This document shows, piece by piece, positions 1-13,270 of a DNA stretch of 64,000 bases. A program made the translations under genes and the position numbers. The notes under the pieces were generated by a model. That model worked only from the letters and a program-made list of their open reading frames with translations, ran no database searches and was not told the origin of the DNA. Numbering within the stretch: position 1 is the stretch's first letter; each line of letters opens with the position of its first letter. The DNA is from Chiloscyllium plagiosum (Eukaryota). The stretch is from positions 33,062,229 to 33,126,228 of the forward strand of contig NC_057718.1 of NCBI RefSeq assembly GCF_004010195.1, in the 5' to 3' direction.

Positions 1-221
1 CCCCCACTCATCTATTGTACTCTATGCTACTTTCTCCCCACCCCCCCCCTCCCCTAGCTTATCTCTCCATGCTTCAGGCTCTCTGCCTTTATTCCTGATA
101 AAGGGCTTTTGCCCGAAACGTCGATTTGGCTGCTTCTTGGATGCTTCCTGAACTGCTGTGCTCTTCCAGCACCACTAGTCCAGAATCTGGTTTCCAGCAT
201 CTGCAGTCATTATTTTTACCT
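1..221 (+). mobile_element. Penelope-like element 3' terminus (pLTR), family A
   Basis: Pyrimidine-rich tract, then CCTGATAAAGGGCTTTTGCCCGAAACGTCG and the tail ...CCAGCATCTGCAGTCATTATTTTTACCT. The same terminus recurs at 2881, 27059 and 31953. Confidence 0.75.
91..126 (+). ncRNA. Minimal type I hammerhead ribozyme motif (core variant CUGAUAA)
   Basis: CTGATAA-A-GGGC-TTTT-GCCC-GAAA-CGTC; one core mismatch relative to CUGANGA. Confidence 0.6.
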
Positions 222-224
222 TAC

Positions 225-468
225 AGACTAGACTGGGTGAGGATAACAGATTTCCTTCCCGAAAGGACATGTGAGTTTTCATATTGATTGAGTGGTCTCA
301 TGGTCACCATTAGTCCAGCATTCCCCTCACCCACTGCCGCTCTGAGATTTTCTTTAATTGAAGTGAAAATTCTGCTGTTTACCATGATGAGATTTGAACC
401 CACATCTTCAGAACATTAACCTGGGCTTCTGAAGTTGCATGATATCGCCAGTGTGCTACCATCACCCC
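225..468 (-). mobile_element. Degenerate tRNA-derived SINE (SacSINE1/DeuSINE-like)
   Basis: Reverse complement starts GGGGTGATGGTAGCACACTGG and has a B-box-like GGGTTCAAATCTC; body resembles the copy at 60736-61086. Confidence 0.55.
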
Positions 469-903
469 AGCTATTTAGCTCAATGGATTGTTTTGCAATA
501 AATCAATCAAAATAACAATATTTAGCAATCAGCTGCGTAGGTATGGTATCAACAAAAAATAGTTCACTCCTGCCTTGTAAGAGATACACAATATGACGTT
601 GCATTCTGACATAAATCAATGGGCTGAAATTTACCACAAAGCAGCTAAGTGTCAAATTTATGGAAAATTTCTCTCTGAATAGTGAGAATTTTAATGCTAT
701 TTTTGAAACTCACCTACCTACCTACCTACCTACCACAACCGTATAGTGCCCTGCTCATCATACCTTCCCTCCTATCACAGGCAGTTTTTTTCACCACTGC
801 CAAGACCTCCAGCAACTGTAGGAGCCAGCCCCCTATTTAAACTCAAGCCAGACCTGGCTTGCATGGTGCATATGGAAATGGCCCAGATATGTAGGAAAGA
901 GGG

Positions 904-1125
904 AAACTGGATCCCTGATTCGCTGACAGGGACCTGGATGCCCTGGAGGATGGGGTGATGCAGAGGAAGATCATCCTCATCCCTCCAGACTGGCAGAGGA
1001 GACCACATCACCAGACCCTGTCAGTCTGGTCAGAGATTGGCACTGCAGTTAGAGGGGTACCCACAAGCAGACAAATACCTAGGAGTGCAGGAAAAAGGTC
1101 AAGGACCTTCTCTGCCCTGCAATGA
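904..1125 (+). pseudogene. PIF/Harbinger Myb/SANT-like DNA-binding protein remnant
   Basis: Manual translation KLDP*FADRDLDALEDGVMQRKIILIP...QTLSVWSEIGTAV, then a frameshift to ECRKKVKDLL. Matches the F...L..L / W..I...V / C+KK..DL pattern of NAIF1-like Myb/SANT domains. Confidence 0.6.
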
Positions 1126-1740
1126 TAAATGTTAGCATTTCTCTCTTTTACATCCCACTCACCCCATCTTTGCTACCATGCTCACCTTCCAACAAGACCC
1201 AGGGTCCATCATACTCACCTTCTCCCTCTTTTGTCTCCTGCAGGCATGAGTGGCATCAGCACAATGACAGGAACCAAGAGACCAGACTCACCTGACAGCA
1301 CCTCCTTCACCTCTGAGGAAGAAGTTACAGATCTGTCAAAGACTGCATCACCTTCCACTAGCTCAAATACTGACAGCTTGGTGTATATTTTAGCTAGATT
1401 AGATTTGGGAGAATATGCTGGCAAGAATATCGCAGCTGCATCTCTGTTACTGGCTGAGGAAGAAATTCCCTGGGTCGCAGGTACTCGGAGATCTGCTGAG
1501 CTCCAGGAGAACACCCTATGGTGTGGGAAATGCAAAACTTCATTAAAATAAACAAGTAGACACAGGAACAGCTGACAGGCTTGTCTGACTCACAGTTCTG
1601 GCAAACTTTCCCAATGTGTACCCTTTCGCCTCTGGCATTAGTGCACCTGGCTGCCTCCAGGGACAGGTTGGCAGCTGTCATGGAGAGCCAGGTCCTGCAC
1701 CCTCAGTCTGCTGGGTATGCCTCAGACCTGCACTCTATTG

Positions 1741-2049
1741 ATTAGATTACTTAGTGTGGAAACAGGCCCTTCAGCCCAACAAATCCACACTGACCCGCCG
1801 AAGCGCAACCCACCCAGACCCATTCCCCGACATTTACCCCAGCACCTAACACTATGGGCAATTTAGCATAGCCAATTCACCTAACCTGCACATTTTTGGA
1901 CTGTGGGAGGAAACCGGAGCACCCGGAGGAAACCCACGCAGACACGGGGGGAATGTGCAAACTCCACACAGTCAGTCGCCTGAGGCGGGAATTGAACCTG
2001 GGTCTCTGGCGCTGTGAGGTAGCAGTGCTAACCACTGTGCCACAGTGCC
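1741..2049 (-). mobile_element. HE1-type V-SINE
   Basis: tRNA-like head with A/B boxes, V-domain GTGTGGAGTTTGCACATTCCCCCCGTGTCTGCGTGGGTTTCCTCCGGG, CR1-like 3' tail. Confidence 0.9.
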
Positions 2050-2880
2050 ACTCTAGCCATTAGTGCTCAATACCAACAGAAGGGCAATAAAGGGATGAGA
2101 AACCTTGACCTCACTCTAGGTGCCCATTTCTCACAAAGAGACCAGTGGACACCTGATCTAAGGAGGAGCCACATACAGCAGCCCCTCACAGCCCTAAGGT
2201 CTCCTCTTAGGTCACTCCAGAGATGTCTAGGCCTTCCATCCCTAAACTGCCTGCCAGCCCTAAGCCCTATAGCAGTTTCAGCTGAGGAGGATGCTCCTGC
2301 CTCTGGCAGAACACACTCTAGACACAACTATCCCTGGGGGTTATCTGACCAGAACTCCATTGCCAACAAGCTCCACTGGAGGGCAGTGTCCCTCCACCCC
2401 AGCCGTGGAACCTGGGACTACACCAAGACATAATGGGAGGGAAAGGAAGAAGAAGACCTTCAGAGGACCCGCATGTGGCACGAGTGACAATTCATTGTAA
2501 GTATATGTTTGTTTTTCAATATTAACACCGTGAGCAAATGTCTGTCCAGTTGCAACTACACAATCAAAGTTCCCAGAGACTAGCCATCCTTAGTGCTACA
2601 CAAATTTCAATGGTACATAATATGAATTGAGCAGGTCCTATATCACTTTCAGGGATCTTAGAAGGTGTTTGTTATTTTGGTAATTCACTTGCACCTTACT
2701 CGACTGCAATATGTTGCTTGTTCATCACAGCCACAACATGGAATGATTTCTGATGCTGCTCGATGTAATGAAGAATGCTTGGGGCGAGCATTTGAAGTCC
2801 ACACATCAGGTCAGTGCCTAAGGTTCACACACAGCACTTAGTGCTCACAGGAGTCTTTCCTGTGTACTATATGGATATCT

Positions 2881-3025
2881 AGGTGGTAAAAACAATGACT
2901 GCAGATGCTGGAAACCAGATTCTGGATTAGTGGTGCTGGAAGAGCACAGCTTTTGCCCGAAACGTCGATTTCGAAGCTCCTTGGATGCTGCCTGAACTGC
3001 TGTGCTCTTCCAGTACCACTAATCC
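2881..3025. mobile_element. Head-to-head Penelope pLTR mini-insert (family A) with 11-bp TSD
   Basis: Minus copy 2885-2950 joined to plus copy 2951-3025; TATGGATATCT at 2870-2880 and 3028-3038. Confidence 0.8.
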
Positions 3026-3315
3026 TGTATGGATATCTGTATAATGCTATTAGGGCGGGGTAGGTTGGGGTAGGTGTATTGACCTGTGAAAGAGTGGGCT
3101 GCAGATACTATCAATGTGAGGGCCTTTAAAGGGATACAATGTTATACACAGTCCCATGCACTGCAGAGTACACTGACTTGCAGGGTCCTGAATCTCTGAC
3201 ATTTCTAATGCATTGGCCCATTGTTTACTGTACATACCTTTGCCCCAGATATGGCTGACCATCTAATTGACACCACAGCGTTTGGTCATAGAGGTCAGGA
3301 AAAGAATCATAGAAT

Positions 3316-4372
3316 GATATGGCAGGTACTTATGTGACTCAGCCAACGTTGTCTATCTTATACGTTGCAGGCAAGGATGCCTGGAGGCATGGTACATTGG
3401 GGAAACCGAGCAAAGACTATGGCAATGGATGAATGGGCACTGCACAACAATCAACAGACAGGAGGGTTCTCTCCCAGTTGGGGAACACTTCAGTGGTCCA
3501 GGACATTCAGCCTCGGACCTTCTGGTGACCATCCTCCAAGATGGACTTCGGGACAGGCAGCAGCGAAAAGTGGCCGATCAGAGGCTCATAGCTAAGTTTG
3601 GTACCCATAGGGAGGGCCTCAACCGGGACCTTGGGTTCATGTCACACTACAGGTGACCACCATTGCACAACACACACACACACACTCCCGAAACACACGG
3701 ACACACATATACACAGACACGCACACAGACACTCACACACACCCTTACAGACACACACACTCCCACATGCATCCTCTCAGAGACTTAGACCACTCTACAC
3801 ACACTACATACACATATACACTCTCTCTCACATTCACAAACCCCCAAATCCAGACACACACACACACATATATATTTGTGGGGTGAATTTGTACTTGCAG
3901 AGTTACATAGTACTTTGCTCAAAAACTGCATGAATTCATGTAAAACTCTGTTATCTCGCTTTTTAGATTAGAATCAATCTAAACATCATGGCAGAGACAG
4001 AGAACACAGGGGGCTAACACCTTCAACATATTGTCTAGCTAACACCAATTGTTACGGTTAGCCTGAGAATGCAACTTTTAAAAAGAAGTTTTGTGATTTA
4101 CACATGAAAGAAGTGAAACTATCATGGTATTCTAACAGGTGAAAGACTCAACAGACAATCAAGGTCTTTTTCAGTATATAATTTCAGTTACATCACACTG
4201 TAAACTTTTGCTATAAATTCTGTGCCTTACAATTGTGTCCTCCACTATCACCTGATGAAGGAGCGGCGCTCCAAAAGCTAGTGTGCTTCCAATTGAACCT
4301 ATTGGACTATAACCTGGTGTTGTGTGATCTTTAACTTTGTACACCCCAGTCCAACACTGGCATCTCCAAATC
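3316..4372 (+). mobile_element. 5'-truncated Penelope-like element (family B): GIY-YIG endonuclease end, CA-rich UTR, pLTR
   Basis: In-frame CDSANVVYLIRCRQGCLEAWYIGETEQRL...PVGEHFSGPGHS...GLNRDLGF (3335-3656); TSD AATCATAGAAT at 3305-3315 and 4373-4383. Confidence 0.9.
4249..4283 (+). ncRNA. Minimal hammerhead ribozyme motif, family B
   Basis: CAC-CTGATGA-A-GGAGC-GGC-GCTCC-AAAA(GAAA decayed at CpG)-G-CTA-GTG; CAC/GTG forms helix I. Confidence 0.7.
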
Positions 4373-4609
4373 AATCATAGAATCAGAATTCCTACAGTGC
4401 AAAATGAGGCCATTTGGCCCATCGAGTCTGCACTGACCCTCTGAATAGGGATATTGTAACAACAGGTGACAATGTCAGCAGGAGTCATTGCCTTGCACAC
4501 ACCCTATTCCTCTTGCTTCCAGATTTTACGGCTGGATTCCAATACTGACATCAATCCATAGTACACAGTACATGGCCATCAGGTTCGTTCAGGGCTACAC
4601 GGAGAGACT

Positions 4610-5140
4610 GTGATGAAACTGTGGCTTAAAGAGGTGTATTTTGTCCTGGATCTTCTGATGAAAAACGGTTGAGAGAGAAGTGGTTCAAAACTCAATAAAG
4701 TAAGCAGCTTATGAAGCCTTTTTTTAAAATAGTTGGAACAATGGAAGCAGCCTGAATGGGTATGGTCAAGCTCCTACAGAACTAGGATATTTAGTTTTAG
4801 CTTTCAGTAATTGCTGGAGTCTTGAAGCTGGATATGGAAGCTCTTGTTCCTCTGTCTGTTGTTGGGGTTCTCTTATTGCTGCTAGAACTACCTGTGAGAC
4901 AATCTATTTACTGAACTTGCCTTTGTGAAGGGTGTGTTTATGGGATGTTACTATATTAGAACAGTTATTGTTTAATAGTTTTAAAAAACTATTTTTTGTG
5001 AAGTTTTCCAACAGTTATTATTCCATTTCTTTATTTTGTTGTATTTCAACTACAGTGTATAAATAAAGTGTGTTTTGCTTCAAGCCTGGTAGTTTGACCA
5101 ATGGAATTGCATCTGGAACACAATGCCTTACACTTTTGTT
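4610..5140 (+). mobile_element. Probable solo or partial LTR
   Basis: Starts TGTGATG, has an LTR-like T-rich body and AATAAA near 5063; no partner LTR in the window. Confidence 0.35.
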
Positions 5141-5210
5141 TAAAGTATTGACCTAGCCACACTGAAGGAATGGTGATATATTTCCAAATCAGGATGGTTA
5201 GTTACTTAGA

Positions 5211-5534
5211 AATCATGGAATCATAGAAATCACAGAATTCCTGCAGTGCAGAAACAGGCCATTCAGCCTACCAAGTCTGTACCTACCCTCTGAAAAGCAT
5301 CCCACGCAGATCCCACCCTATCCCCATAATCCCACATTTAGCATAACCAATCCACCTAGCCTACACATCCCTGGACACTACAAGACAATTTAGCATGATT
5401 AATCTACCTAACCTGCACATCTTTGGACAGTGGGAGGAAACCAGGGCACCCAGAATAAACTCATACATTCACGGGGAAAATATGCAATTTCCACCCAAGG
5501 CTGGAATCCAACCCAGGTCCCTGGCGCTGTGAGC
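5211..5534 (-). mobile_element. HE1-type V-SINE (older, degenerate)
   Basis: CATAGAA tail, V-domain similarity, tRNA-like head end. Confidence 0.75.
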
Positions 5535-6165
5535 TGTAAGGGAAATTTCAGGTGGTGGTGTTCCCATGTATCTGCTGACCTTGTCCTTCTAGATGGAAAT
5601 GGTCATGGATTTGCAATGCGCTGTCTAAGGATCTTTGGCGAATTTCAGCAGTGCATCTTATAGATAGTACACATTGTTGCTACTGAGCGTCGGTGGTGGA
5701 AAGACAGGGTGAGTGGATGTGATGCCAATCAAATCGGTTGCTTTGTCCTGGATGGTGTCAAGCTTCTTGAGTGTTATTGCAGCTGCACCCATCCAGGCAA
5801 ATGAGGAGTGTTTCATCACACTCTTGACTTGAGCCTTGTAGATGGTGCTCAGATTTGGGGAGTTAGGATGTGAGTTACTCACCACAGGATTCCTCGCCTC
5901 TGACCTGCTCTTGCAGCCAAAACGTTTATATGGTGAGTGGTCAATGGTAATCATCAGGATGTTGATAGCAGGGGATTCAGTGAAGGTAACATCATTGAAT
6001 GTCAAGGAACAGTAGTTACCTCAACTCTTACTGGTGATGGTCATTGCCTGGCATTTGTGTGGCATGATGTTACTTGCCACTTGTCAGCCTAAGCCTGGAT
6101 ATGCCCAGATCTTATTGCATTTGAACATGAACTGCTTCAGTATCTGAGGACCTGTGAATAGTGAG
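5535..6165 (-). mobile_element. LINE RT C-terminal fragment, non-HER1 family (L2/Crack-like)
   Basis: ORF 5658-6005 LSTIYKAQVKSVMKHSSFAWMGAAAITLKKLDTIQDKA; homologous pieces at 9860-10360, 36530-37370, 57560-57830 and 61830-63460. Confidence 0.7.
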
Positions 6166-6189
6166 TCCCTGATGGCAAACAGATAATAA

Positions 6190-7050
6190 TCTGATTCTTG
6201 ATCCCAGTCGTGGCATTACAGTTGTTAATATGCCCCCCTCTGACTGTGGGTGATATCCTGAAGCCTTCAACTGAGTCATGCCTGGGTTACTTCTGACTTC
6301 CTGGAATATTTAGGAGGTGAAATCTGAACAGTGAACTGAGTGGATCTCAATGGACAGGCCAAACAGGTGAAGAATTGGGTTAATTCCTTTGCCATAACTT
6401 TGGTGGATATGGTTCTTCTAGGAACAGCTTCTTGGAAGGGGGTAGCCACATCCATGATGAAAAGGTCATACTGGCTAGCTCCCTTTTGTTTTGGGCAGGA
6501 GTCCAAGGTATTTCTCTAACACTTTGTTGAATGCTTCTCCAAATTCAAGCATGAATTTCAAATGTTTGAGCCTTATTGTAGGTTGGGGTTTTTACCCACA
6601 ATCTGGCAGTGATGGCTTATATATACCTTAGTACTGTACATCCTTGTAGATCTGTATCCAGTAAAATTGCAGCCTGATGGGGGTCAGAAGAGTTCTATCG
6701 GACCCTCCTGACCTAGCTCAGCATGTCCCCTAAGGCACCTTGGTAATGCTACAACCTGGTAAAACTCTGTCCACCCTCACTTCTAGGTCTGTGAGGGGAT
6801 TGGGGGGGTCTCCATCAACACCTCATTTTTAATGTAGTAGCATTAAAGGACCGCCTCTTCCCTCATCTTCAGTGGAAGTAGTCTGAGTAGTGTTTTTAAC
6901 AGTGGGTCAGCTTGATGATCTGCAAACACAGAATCCCATTTATTACCTCCTTGGGTCTTCAAGATTCCTTCAGATGACCAGGCAAAAGGGTCTAATGCTT
7001 TCAGTGTCACCTCAGCTTCAACTCACTGAGCTTGTCTGACCTGAGAGCAC
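6190..7050 (-). pseudogene. Gypsy-type LTR retrotransposon integrase remnant
   Basis: ORF 6276-6506 PKQKGASQYDLFIMDVATPFQEAVPRRTISTKVMAKELTQFF resembles the rve core; upstream ADPLLKTL and CYYIKNEVLM segments. Confidence 0.75.
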
Positions 7051-7849
7051 ACAATAATGCAACACTAGTGCACAGAAATAAGAAAATTAGAAACTTGTCT
7101 AAAAATGAGATAGAAATTACAAGGTAAATGGATCAGTCTCCCTGGGTCATAATTGTTGTGCAGTCAATTGGCTGTTGCATGTTCGCTGAAGTTCTTTTGT
7201 TTGTTTCCTTTTGAACTAACTTCTAGCACTTAGAGCAAGATAATCATTTACCTGCAACTAGTGGTTTATCCTGAATGTGAGATCCATAGAACACCAGTGC
7301 TTGCTTGAACCCAGGCTAGCACACATGAGCTCCTTAGCTCAATAGCACTCAAAAATACTTCAGCCCTCCAGAACATGCAGATAGGCTTAAAAACTGGCTT
7401 CTAAACCAGGCCCTGAGAAAGGAGAAACCACAAACCTGCCTCACAACCAGACTGCTGTCTTTTCCACCATCATGTTCAAAGTCTGAGATTTTCACAGATT
7501 ATAATTCAGTACATAGTGCATTTCTCTCTTTAAACCTTCCTTGATAATGTCAAATGTGACATTCCAGGTCCATTTTCTGTGTTGTAGATGTTTAAGTTTA
7601 TCCCCAAATAGCCACTGGAATTATATCTACCATCATCGGCTCTACCTAGCTTTAAAAAACTGCACAAGTTGCAATTAGAAGTCAACTATGCTCATAGCTG
7701 AACCAGAGTTATGATTCGTGGGTCATGGCAAATTTAGGCATACAAGCTATTTCATCTAAACAAAAGAAAACAAGATCAGTTGAGTCAAATGCAGGGAGCT
7801 GCTGGTCAGATTATGCAGACAGATTCCAAATTGAAATCAATAAGTTTGG

Positions 7850-7950
7850 CACAGCTGGTCAGGCAACATCCAAGGAGTGGGAGAGTCGACGTTTAAAGCA
7901 TGAGCTCTTCACCAGGAATGTGGAGGGTCCAAGGGGGCTGAGAAATTAAG
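7850..7950 (-). mobile_element. Degenerate Penelope pLTR fragment
   Basis: GGTCAGGCAACATCCAAGGAG...GTCGACGTTT...CTCTTCACCAGGAA resembles the family C terminus. Confidence 0.55.
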
Positions 7951-9859
7951 CCCCAATTCCAAATTGAACACCATTCAATTTAGGCAGAGGCTGGGCAATC
8001 TATCAAAGGAATGTAAATGACTTTCTGTTATTGGAAAATTAACCAAGGTCAGAGTTTGATCCTTTTGATAAATGGAATTCAATATCTCCATACCAGTGCT
8101 AATATAATGACTGAATAGAAAATCTAGGCCAGGTTTTATTATTGGATACACAGGAAGATTACTCTGCTTTTGATCAGCCAGAAACCTAATCAAGATAAAA
8201 TAGTTTGGATCAGGTATGAATGAATGTGTCCAATGTCTGTTGTAGGTTGAAATGCAATCAATTTGCCCAACAGTACTTTATAGTATATTTATGACCATCA
8301 TAAACATCCCATTTGGTAATTGTTACATCTTTGTGTTTATAGACTGTAAATGTTGTTGGCATTGTTCGACTATCTCCTTTATCTAGTAGATTGATTTTCA
8401 AAGCATGCATCTGCTCTTTAAAAGAATTATGGATATCTATATTTATTATAATTCAGTATGTGGGGCATGTATTTCCTGGAAAACATATAAGTGAATACCT
8501 ACTGTACCCGTTTTTCAGCAGTTAACACTGTGATAGATATTTTCAACATTAAGCTGCTATTCTCAGTGATGTAAAATAGCTGCTATTTTATAAGTAGAAC
8601 ATATTGTCTGAAAATTGAGCAATTCAGTCACTGGATTGACATAAAATGCTTAAAAAGCTTTCTTAAAATCTTTTACTACTACTTTTTTTCCCAGTAACTA
8701 CTACTTCCAATGTCTGAAATAAGGGTTTAAATAACATTAAATTGGCTTTTAAAAATGTGTACTTTATAATAACATAGCGATGTCCTCCGTTGACTTGTTA
8801 TTTGTGCCTTTCAAAGCATTTATTAAAATTTTATTTGGGGTTTTCAGTATTTTCCATCAAACCTAGCTTTGCACTAATATTTGACCCAGCCATGTGATTC
8901 TATGAGCTGAAATTAAATTGGACAACATGAGCATGTGCTGTGCATTTAATGTCCCAGATCATCCTGTCAAGTCAATTTTTCTGATGGTATATTTTCCTTT
9001 GGCTGATAGCATTTCTCACTCGGTGTTTTCTTGAAATTATTTTGGCAAACAACAGCAGACAAGGTGCCCTTTCTCCTTTCAAAACAGCTTTTGTACTCTG
9101 GTCCAATGTATTAAGGCAGTGGAGGCAGAGTGAGTCTAACTCATAGGGCATTTAAGAGCCTCGATAGGTGTAAGTGCAGACAGGGTAGTGGGTGACTCAT
9201 TCACTCCCTGTATCATGCTGAACAGGTCAGGAGTGGCTGAAAAGAAGATAGACTGGGCACTTAACATATTTTTACACACCCCACATGTTGCAAACATGTC
9301 TGGCAACAGATGCCTTAAAGACCACCTTTAAACTCTTGCAATGTTTATGGGACTCCAGCTTTAAGCAGGGACTGAAAGACACACCATGGAGGCATTTATT
9401 TTACATGTGAAGGCTATCAGATGCTGAGACTTCCTGATGCATGTCAGCCTCTGCACATTGAAAGCACATTTTTTCAATCAATAAATCAATATAGATACAG
9501 TACCAATACTGTACAGTGTTTTCATTCTCCATTTATAACATCAAAGCAGTTCCTATAAAATCCCTTATGGGATATTGAATATTGTGTTGCATCACTAGCA
9601 GAATCCAATAATCTGTCATGGTATTCAGGCATTCTGCAGGCTTCTGCACATAAGCCTGTGACTGTGAAGATCAAAAAGCTTTCTGCCTCTGATATATGTA
9701 GAAGTCTAAGGTCACTATGCCATAAATAAATACAAACATGTTAGGCCCATTCTTCTACTAATGAGCTATCAATTTTGTTCTCCCTTTAACTCCCCACGAC
9801 AAAAGATTCAGCTCATCATTAGAGCTATAAAAAAGCTGGGCTGAGGTATTACATTCATG

Positions 9860-10360
9860 GAACATTCAACAAGGGTGGTATCAAGAAGCCCAAACAAAAC
9901 TGGAACAATTTGGAATCGGGGAAAATTCTGCATTGGTTGGAGCTATACTTAGCACAAAGAACGGTGGTTGTGGCTTTTGGAATTCAATCAGACAATTCCA
10001 TCTCAAACCAGTGAAAATCAAAGAATCTCCCCTTGGCAACCAACAGCATGACTATCACTGAATATCTACAATCAACATCCTGTAACTTACATTGACCAGA
10101 AATCAAACCGAACCAGCCAGATAATACCATGCCTACAAGAGCAGATCTGGGTCTACCATTCTGCAGTGAGATTTCACCAACTGTCTTCCCAATATTTGAG
10201 CACTATTTATAAGTCATTAGACCGGAGTGTGGTGCAATATTTTCTGCTTGGCTGGATGAGTGCAGCTCCAATAACACTTAAGGAGTTCAACACCATCCGG
10301 GAAAAAATATCCTGCTTGACTGGTGCCCCATCCTTTACTTTCAATGTTCACTGGTTCTAG
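9860..10360 (+). mobile_element. L2/Crack-like LINE RT fragment
   Basis: ORF 10166-10360 LSTIYKSLDRSVVQYFLLGWMSAAPITLKEFNTIREK. Confidence 0.65.
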
Positions 10361-10721
10361 GTATCAATGCAACTTTTCTTTTTTGAGGGCTACACTTGAG
10401 ATTTTTTTGAGGGTTACATTTTCATTTTCAGGTTCTGCATCTTGGTTTGTAGGGCCTACTTTTTCATTCCCACTTAACTCCCGTATTAGGTGATTCTGGC
10501 ACATGGTGACAACACGTTCTGTATTTTTATTGATATTTGGAGCATTTGTACTCACACAGAATCAGAATAATTTGTCAATATTCTCAATAATTTTCAACTC
10601 GCCAATAAGACACAACACACAGAAAACGCTAATTCCCCAGGTACTATTGTGTTTAAACTGGTATAGGACAGCAGGTATAAGTTAACAATTTTATTTCAAA
10701 ATAACCGACAGTACTTGTAAA

Positions 10722-10966
10722 CACCTTCCAAAGAGTAACCCACCCAGACCCATTTCCCTACCCTATACTTACCCCTGATTAATGCACCTAGCATGGCCAA
10801 ATCACCTGACTTGCACACCTTTGGATTGTGGGAGGAATCTGGAACACCCAGAGGAAACCCATGCAGACACGGGGAGAATGTGCATACTCCATACGTCGCT
10901 GAAGGCAGGAATCGAACCTGGGCGCTATGAGGCAGTATTGCTAACCACTGAGCCACCGTGCCGCCC
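10722..10966 (-). mobile_element. HE1-type V-SINE
   Basis: Head GGGCGGCACGGTGGCTCAGTGGTTAGC, B box GGTTCGATTCC, V-domain. Confidence 0.88.
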
Positions 10967-11072
10967 CAAATATGAGAGCTATAATGATGATAACAACAAC
11001 TATATGAGATGAGGGTGTCGATTAGTTGGCAAGTGGACTCTGATTGGTGGGGACATTGCCGTGGAGAATGTA

Positions 11073-11195
11073 AGTTCTGAAGAAGGGTCCCTGAACTCAA
11101 AACATTAACTCTGCTTTCTCTCCACAAATGCTGCCAGGCCTGCTGAGCTTCTGTTTGTGCTTCAGATTTCCAGCATCTGCAGTTCTTTGTTTTAT
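11073..11195 (+). mobile_element. Penelope pLTR terminus, family D, with decayed hammerhead
   Basis: AGTT-CTGAAGA-AGGGTCCCTGAACTC-AAAA-CATT-AACT, then the CCAGCATCTGCAGTT tail. Confidence 0.65.
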
Positions 11196-13069
11196 CTTAA
11201 TGGCTGTTGTATAATTTATACAGTTAAAACAGATGCAATGTTCTCACATACAAGTTCTACCTGCATATTAACATATGGATACAGAAGTGTGCCACACTGC
11301 TTTGTGTCGGTACTAAATATAGCAGGGCAATACAACAGTACTGTGACTCTTGGAGCTCTGGATGAAGAACAGAGAGCTGAAAGGCAGGGACATTGTGAGC
11401 ATCCAGCGAGGCTCAAAGTGAGTGAACCTTAAGAGAGCAAACAAGCAGAACATAGGTACAGCCTGGTCCAATCCATGAGCTGGGAACCTGTCCCTGTACA
11501 CCAAGTATCCTTGCAGCAATATTGAAATGAAAGCAGCAGCTTTAACATGCAAAAGTGTACTGTAAGTGGACCAGAGATGTGGGCATGATGGTCCAGAAAG
11601 CATACCAGTGCCTGTGATGCCAGCCTCAAAGACGGAGGTTCAGAGGTGCAAGCACTGAATTGGAGTCATCAAGTACCAGATCTGATTTCCCTGTTGGGAA
11701 ACATAACATTTAGTTTCTGTCCAATGGGTGGCAGAATCAGAGATTGCATATTAATGATTAGGTGATAATAATCTTAATCTCCAGTAACAGGGAAGTCATG
11801 GCTTCCTAGTGAGAAAGTTGACTCAACAAAACTTCGTTGGAAAATGTGACTGGTTGCACTTGGCATCAAGAAAAGCTTCACAGGATTTCTCACACATTTC
11901 TCCCACAGCACATATCATTCAGGAAAATTCACCCTCTGTTTTTCTTTCTGAACAGATCCTGAAGAGTACTTCCAAATCTTTCTGTTTTTCTGTCAGCTTT
12001 CCACCATTCAGTGTATTTGGATATTATTATTAATGGGAGTGTGAATTCACTTCTCTCAAAAGGAACCGCTACAGATGTGTTGGGAGGAATCGCTAGGAGT
12101 CTGAGTGATATGAGCTATAGTGCGAAGTGTAACATTTTATTTTTTTGACAAGTAACGTGTTTGGATATTCACTAGGCAGCTGTGAGGTGCCAATTGATGC
12201 TAATTATTGTTTTTTAAATGTAATTTTAAAAGCCCAACTCACTTCATAATAAAAATTCAGCCTCCCATCTTAACAAACTTGTCAAACAAACTAAACATTA
12301 GGAAATGTTGATAAGGAATTCAGAGCTCATGCCTTGTTCCAACCAATGTCCATTTGGGCAACTGGCACCAACATCATAGAGCATGCTCCATGAGCAATGG
12401 TCCACACCCCACATCCATAGATATTGGCATCTGACATGTGCCAACCTCTGAGAATCCTCATGGTACATCTCTGATCCGGATACTTCTGCACTTCAATGCT
12501 GCACCTCAGACTGTCATTTGGGTTACTGCAAACAAGCCATTGTGCACTCAGGGACTCGCTCCCTGTTCATAGCCTGGACCAGAGTGCATCGTCTGGCTCT
12601 TTGCTTTTTGCTTGCTCTCAGAGTGCTCACCGATTCAGAGCCCATCTAGATTCTCACAGCATCCCTGTTTTGCATTGACTTGCTTTGAATCTTTGTGCTT
12701 TGCCCCTTGAGCCAGGAATGCCTGGCTCATGTTATTGCTGCCGTCACCCAGAGTCAAGGTTTGTTCAAAAGTTTCTGGCACAGTTAGTCAAGGGCAGCCT
12801 CTGATACTAATCTAGGCCCTGCTCATTGTGTTCACGGTCAAGATCCTGTCTGAATAAAAGGTGAAGAGCCTAACAACAGGCAGCTCACCACCACTCATTC
12901 TGTCATGTAGAGCTTGTGGTTAGGGGTTGGGTGGGTGTTGTGGTGGTCGAGAGTGAGCGCTGAAAGATACAGCAGGCAGTGGTGAGAGTGATTGAGTATG
13001 TGCCTTTAGTGAGAGGAGTGTACCGTAGCAGAGATAGAATGGTTGTGAGATTGGAGAGAAAATGATAGA

Positions 13070-13270
13070 ACTTAACCTGGGAGATTGGGGAAGGTCATTG
13101 ACCTCCTTCTACATTTCTGGGCATTCCTCCTGCCTCAAACTGCTTCACCCCAGTGACAACCTTGGATCAGGCTGGTATAGATTGGTGTCGTAACCTCCAC
13201 TGTTGGTACTAGGGGAGGGAGGAAGTTCCACACAAATGCCATTCAGGACCCTGCTGCAAAGGTGAGATGC
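13070..13270 (-). pseudogene. Second PIF/Harbinger Myb/SANT remnant
   Basis: Reverse strand reads PA*SKVVTGV...NAQKCRR, frameshift, VNDL; similar to 904-1125. Confidence 0.45.

Noticed and set aside
3598..3933. His/Thr-rich ORFs
   Set aside because: They translate the CA-rich microsatellite in the Penelope UTR.
8760..9100. AT-rich unique stretch with homeodomain-like cores
   Set aside because: The motif content is not clearly above background without conservation data.
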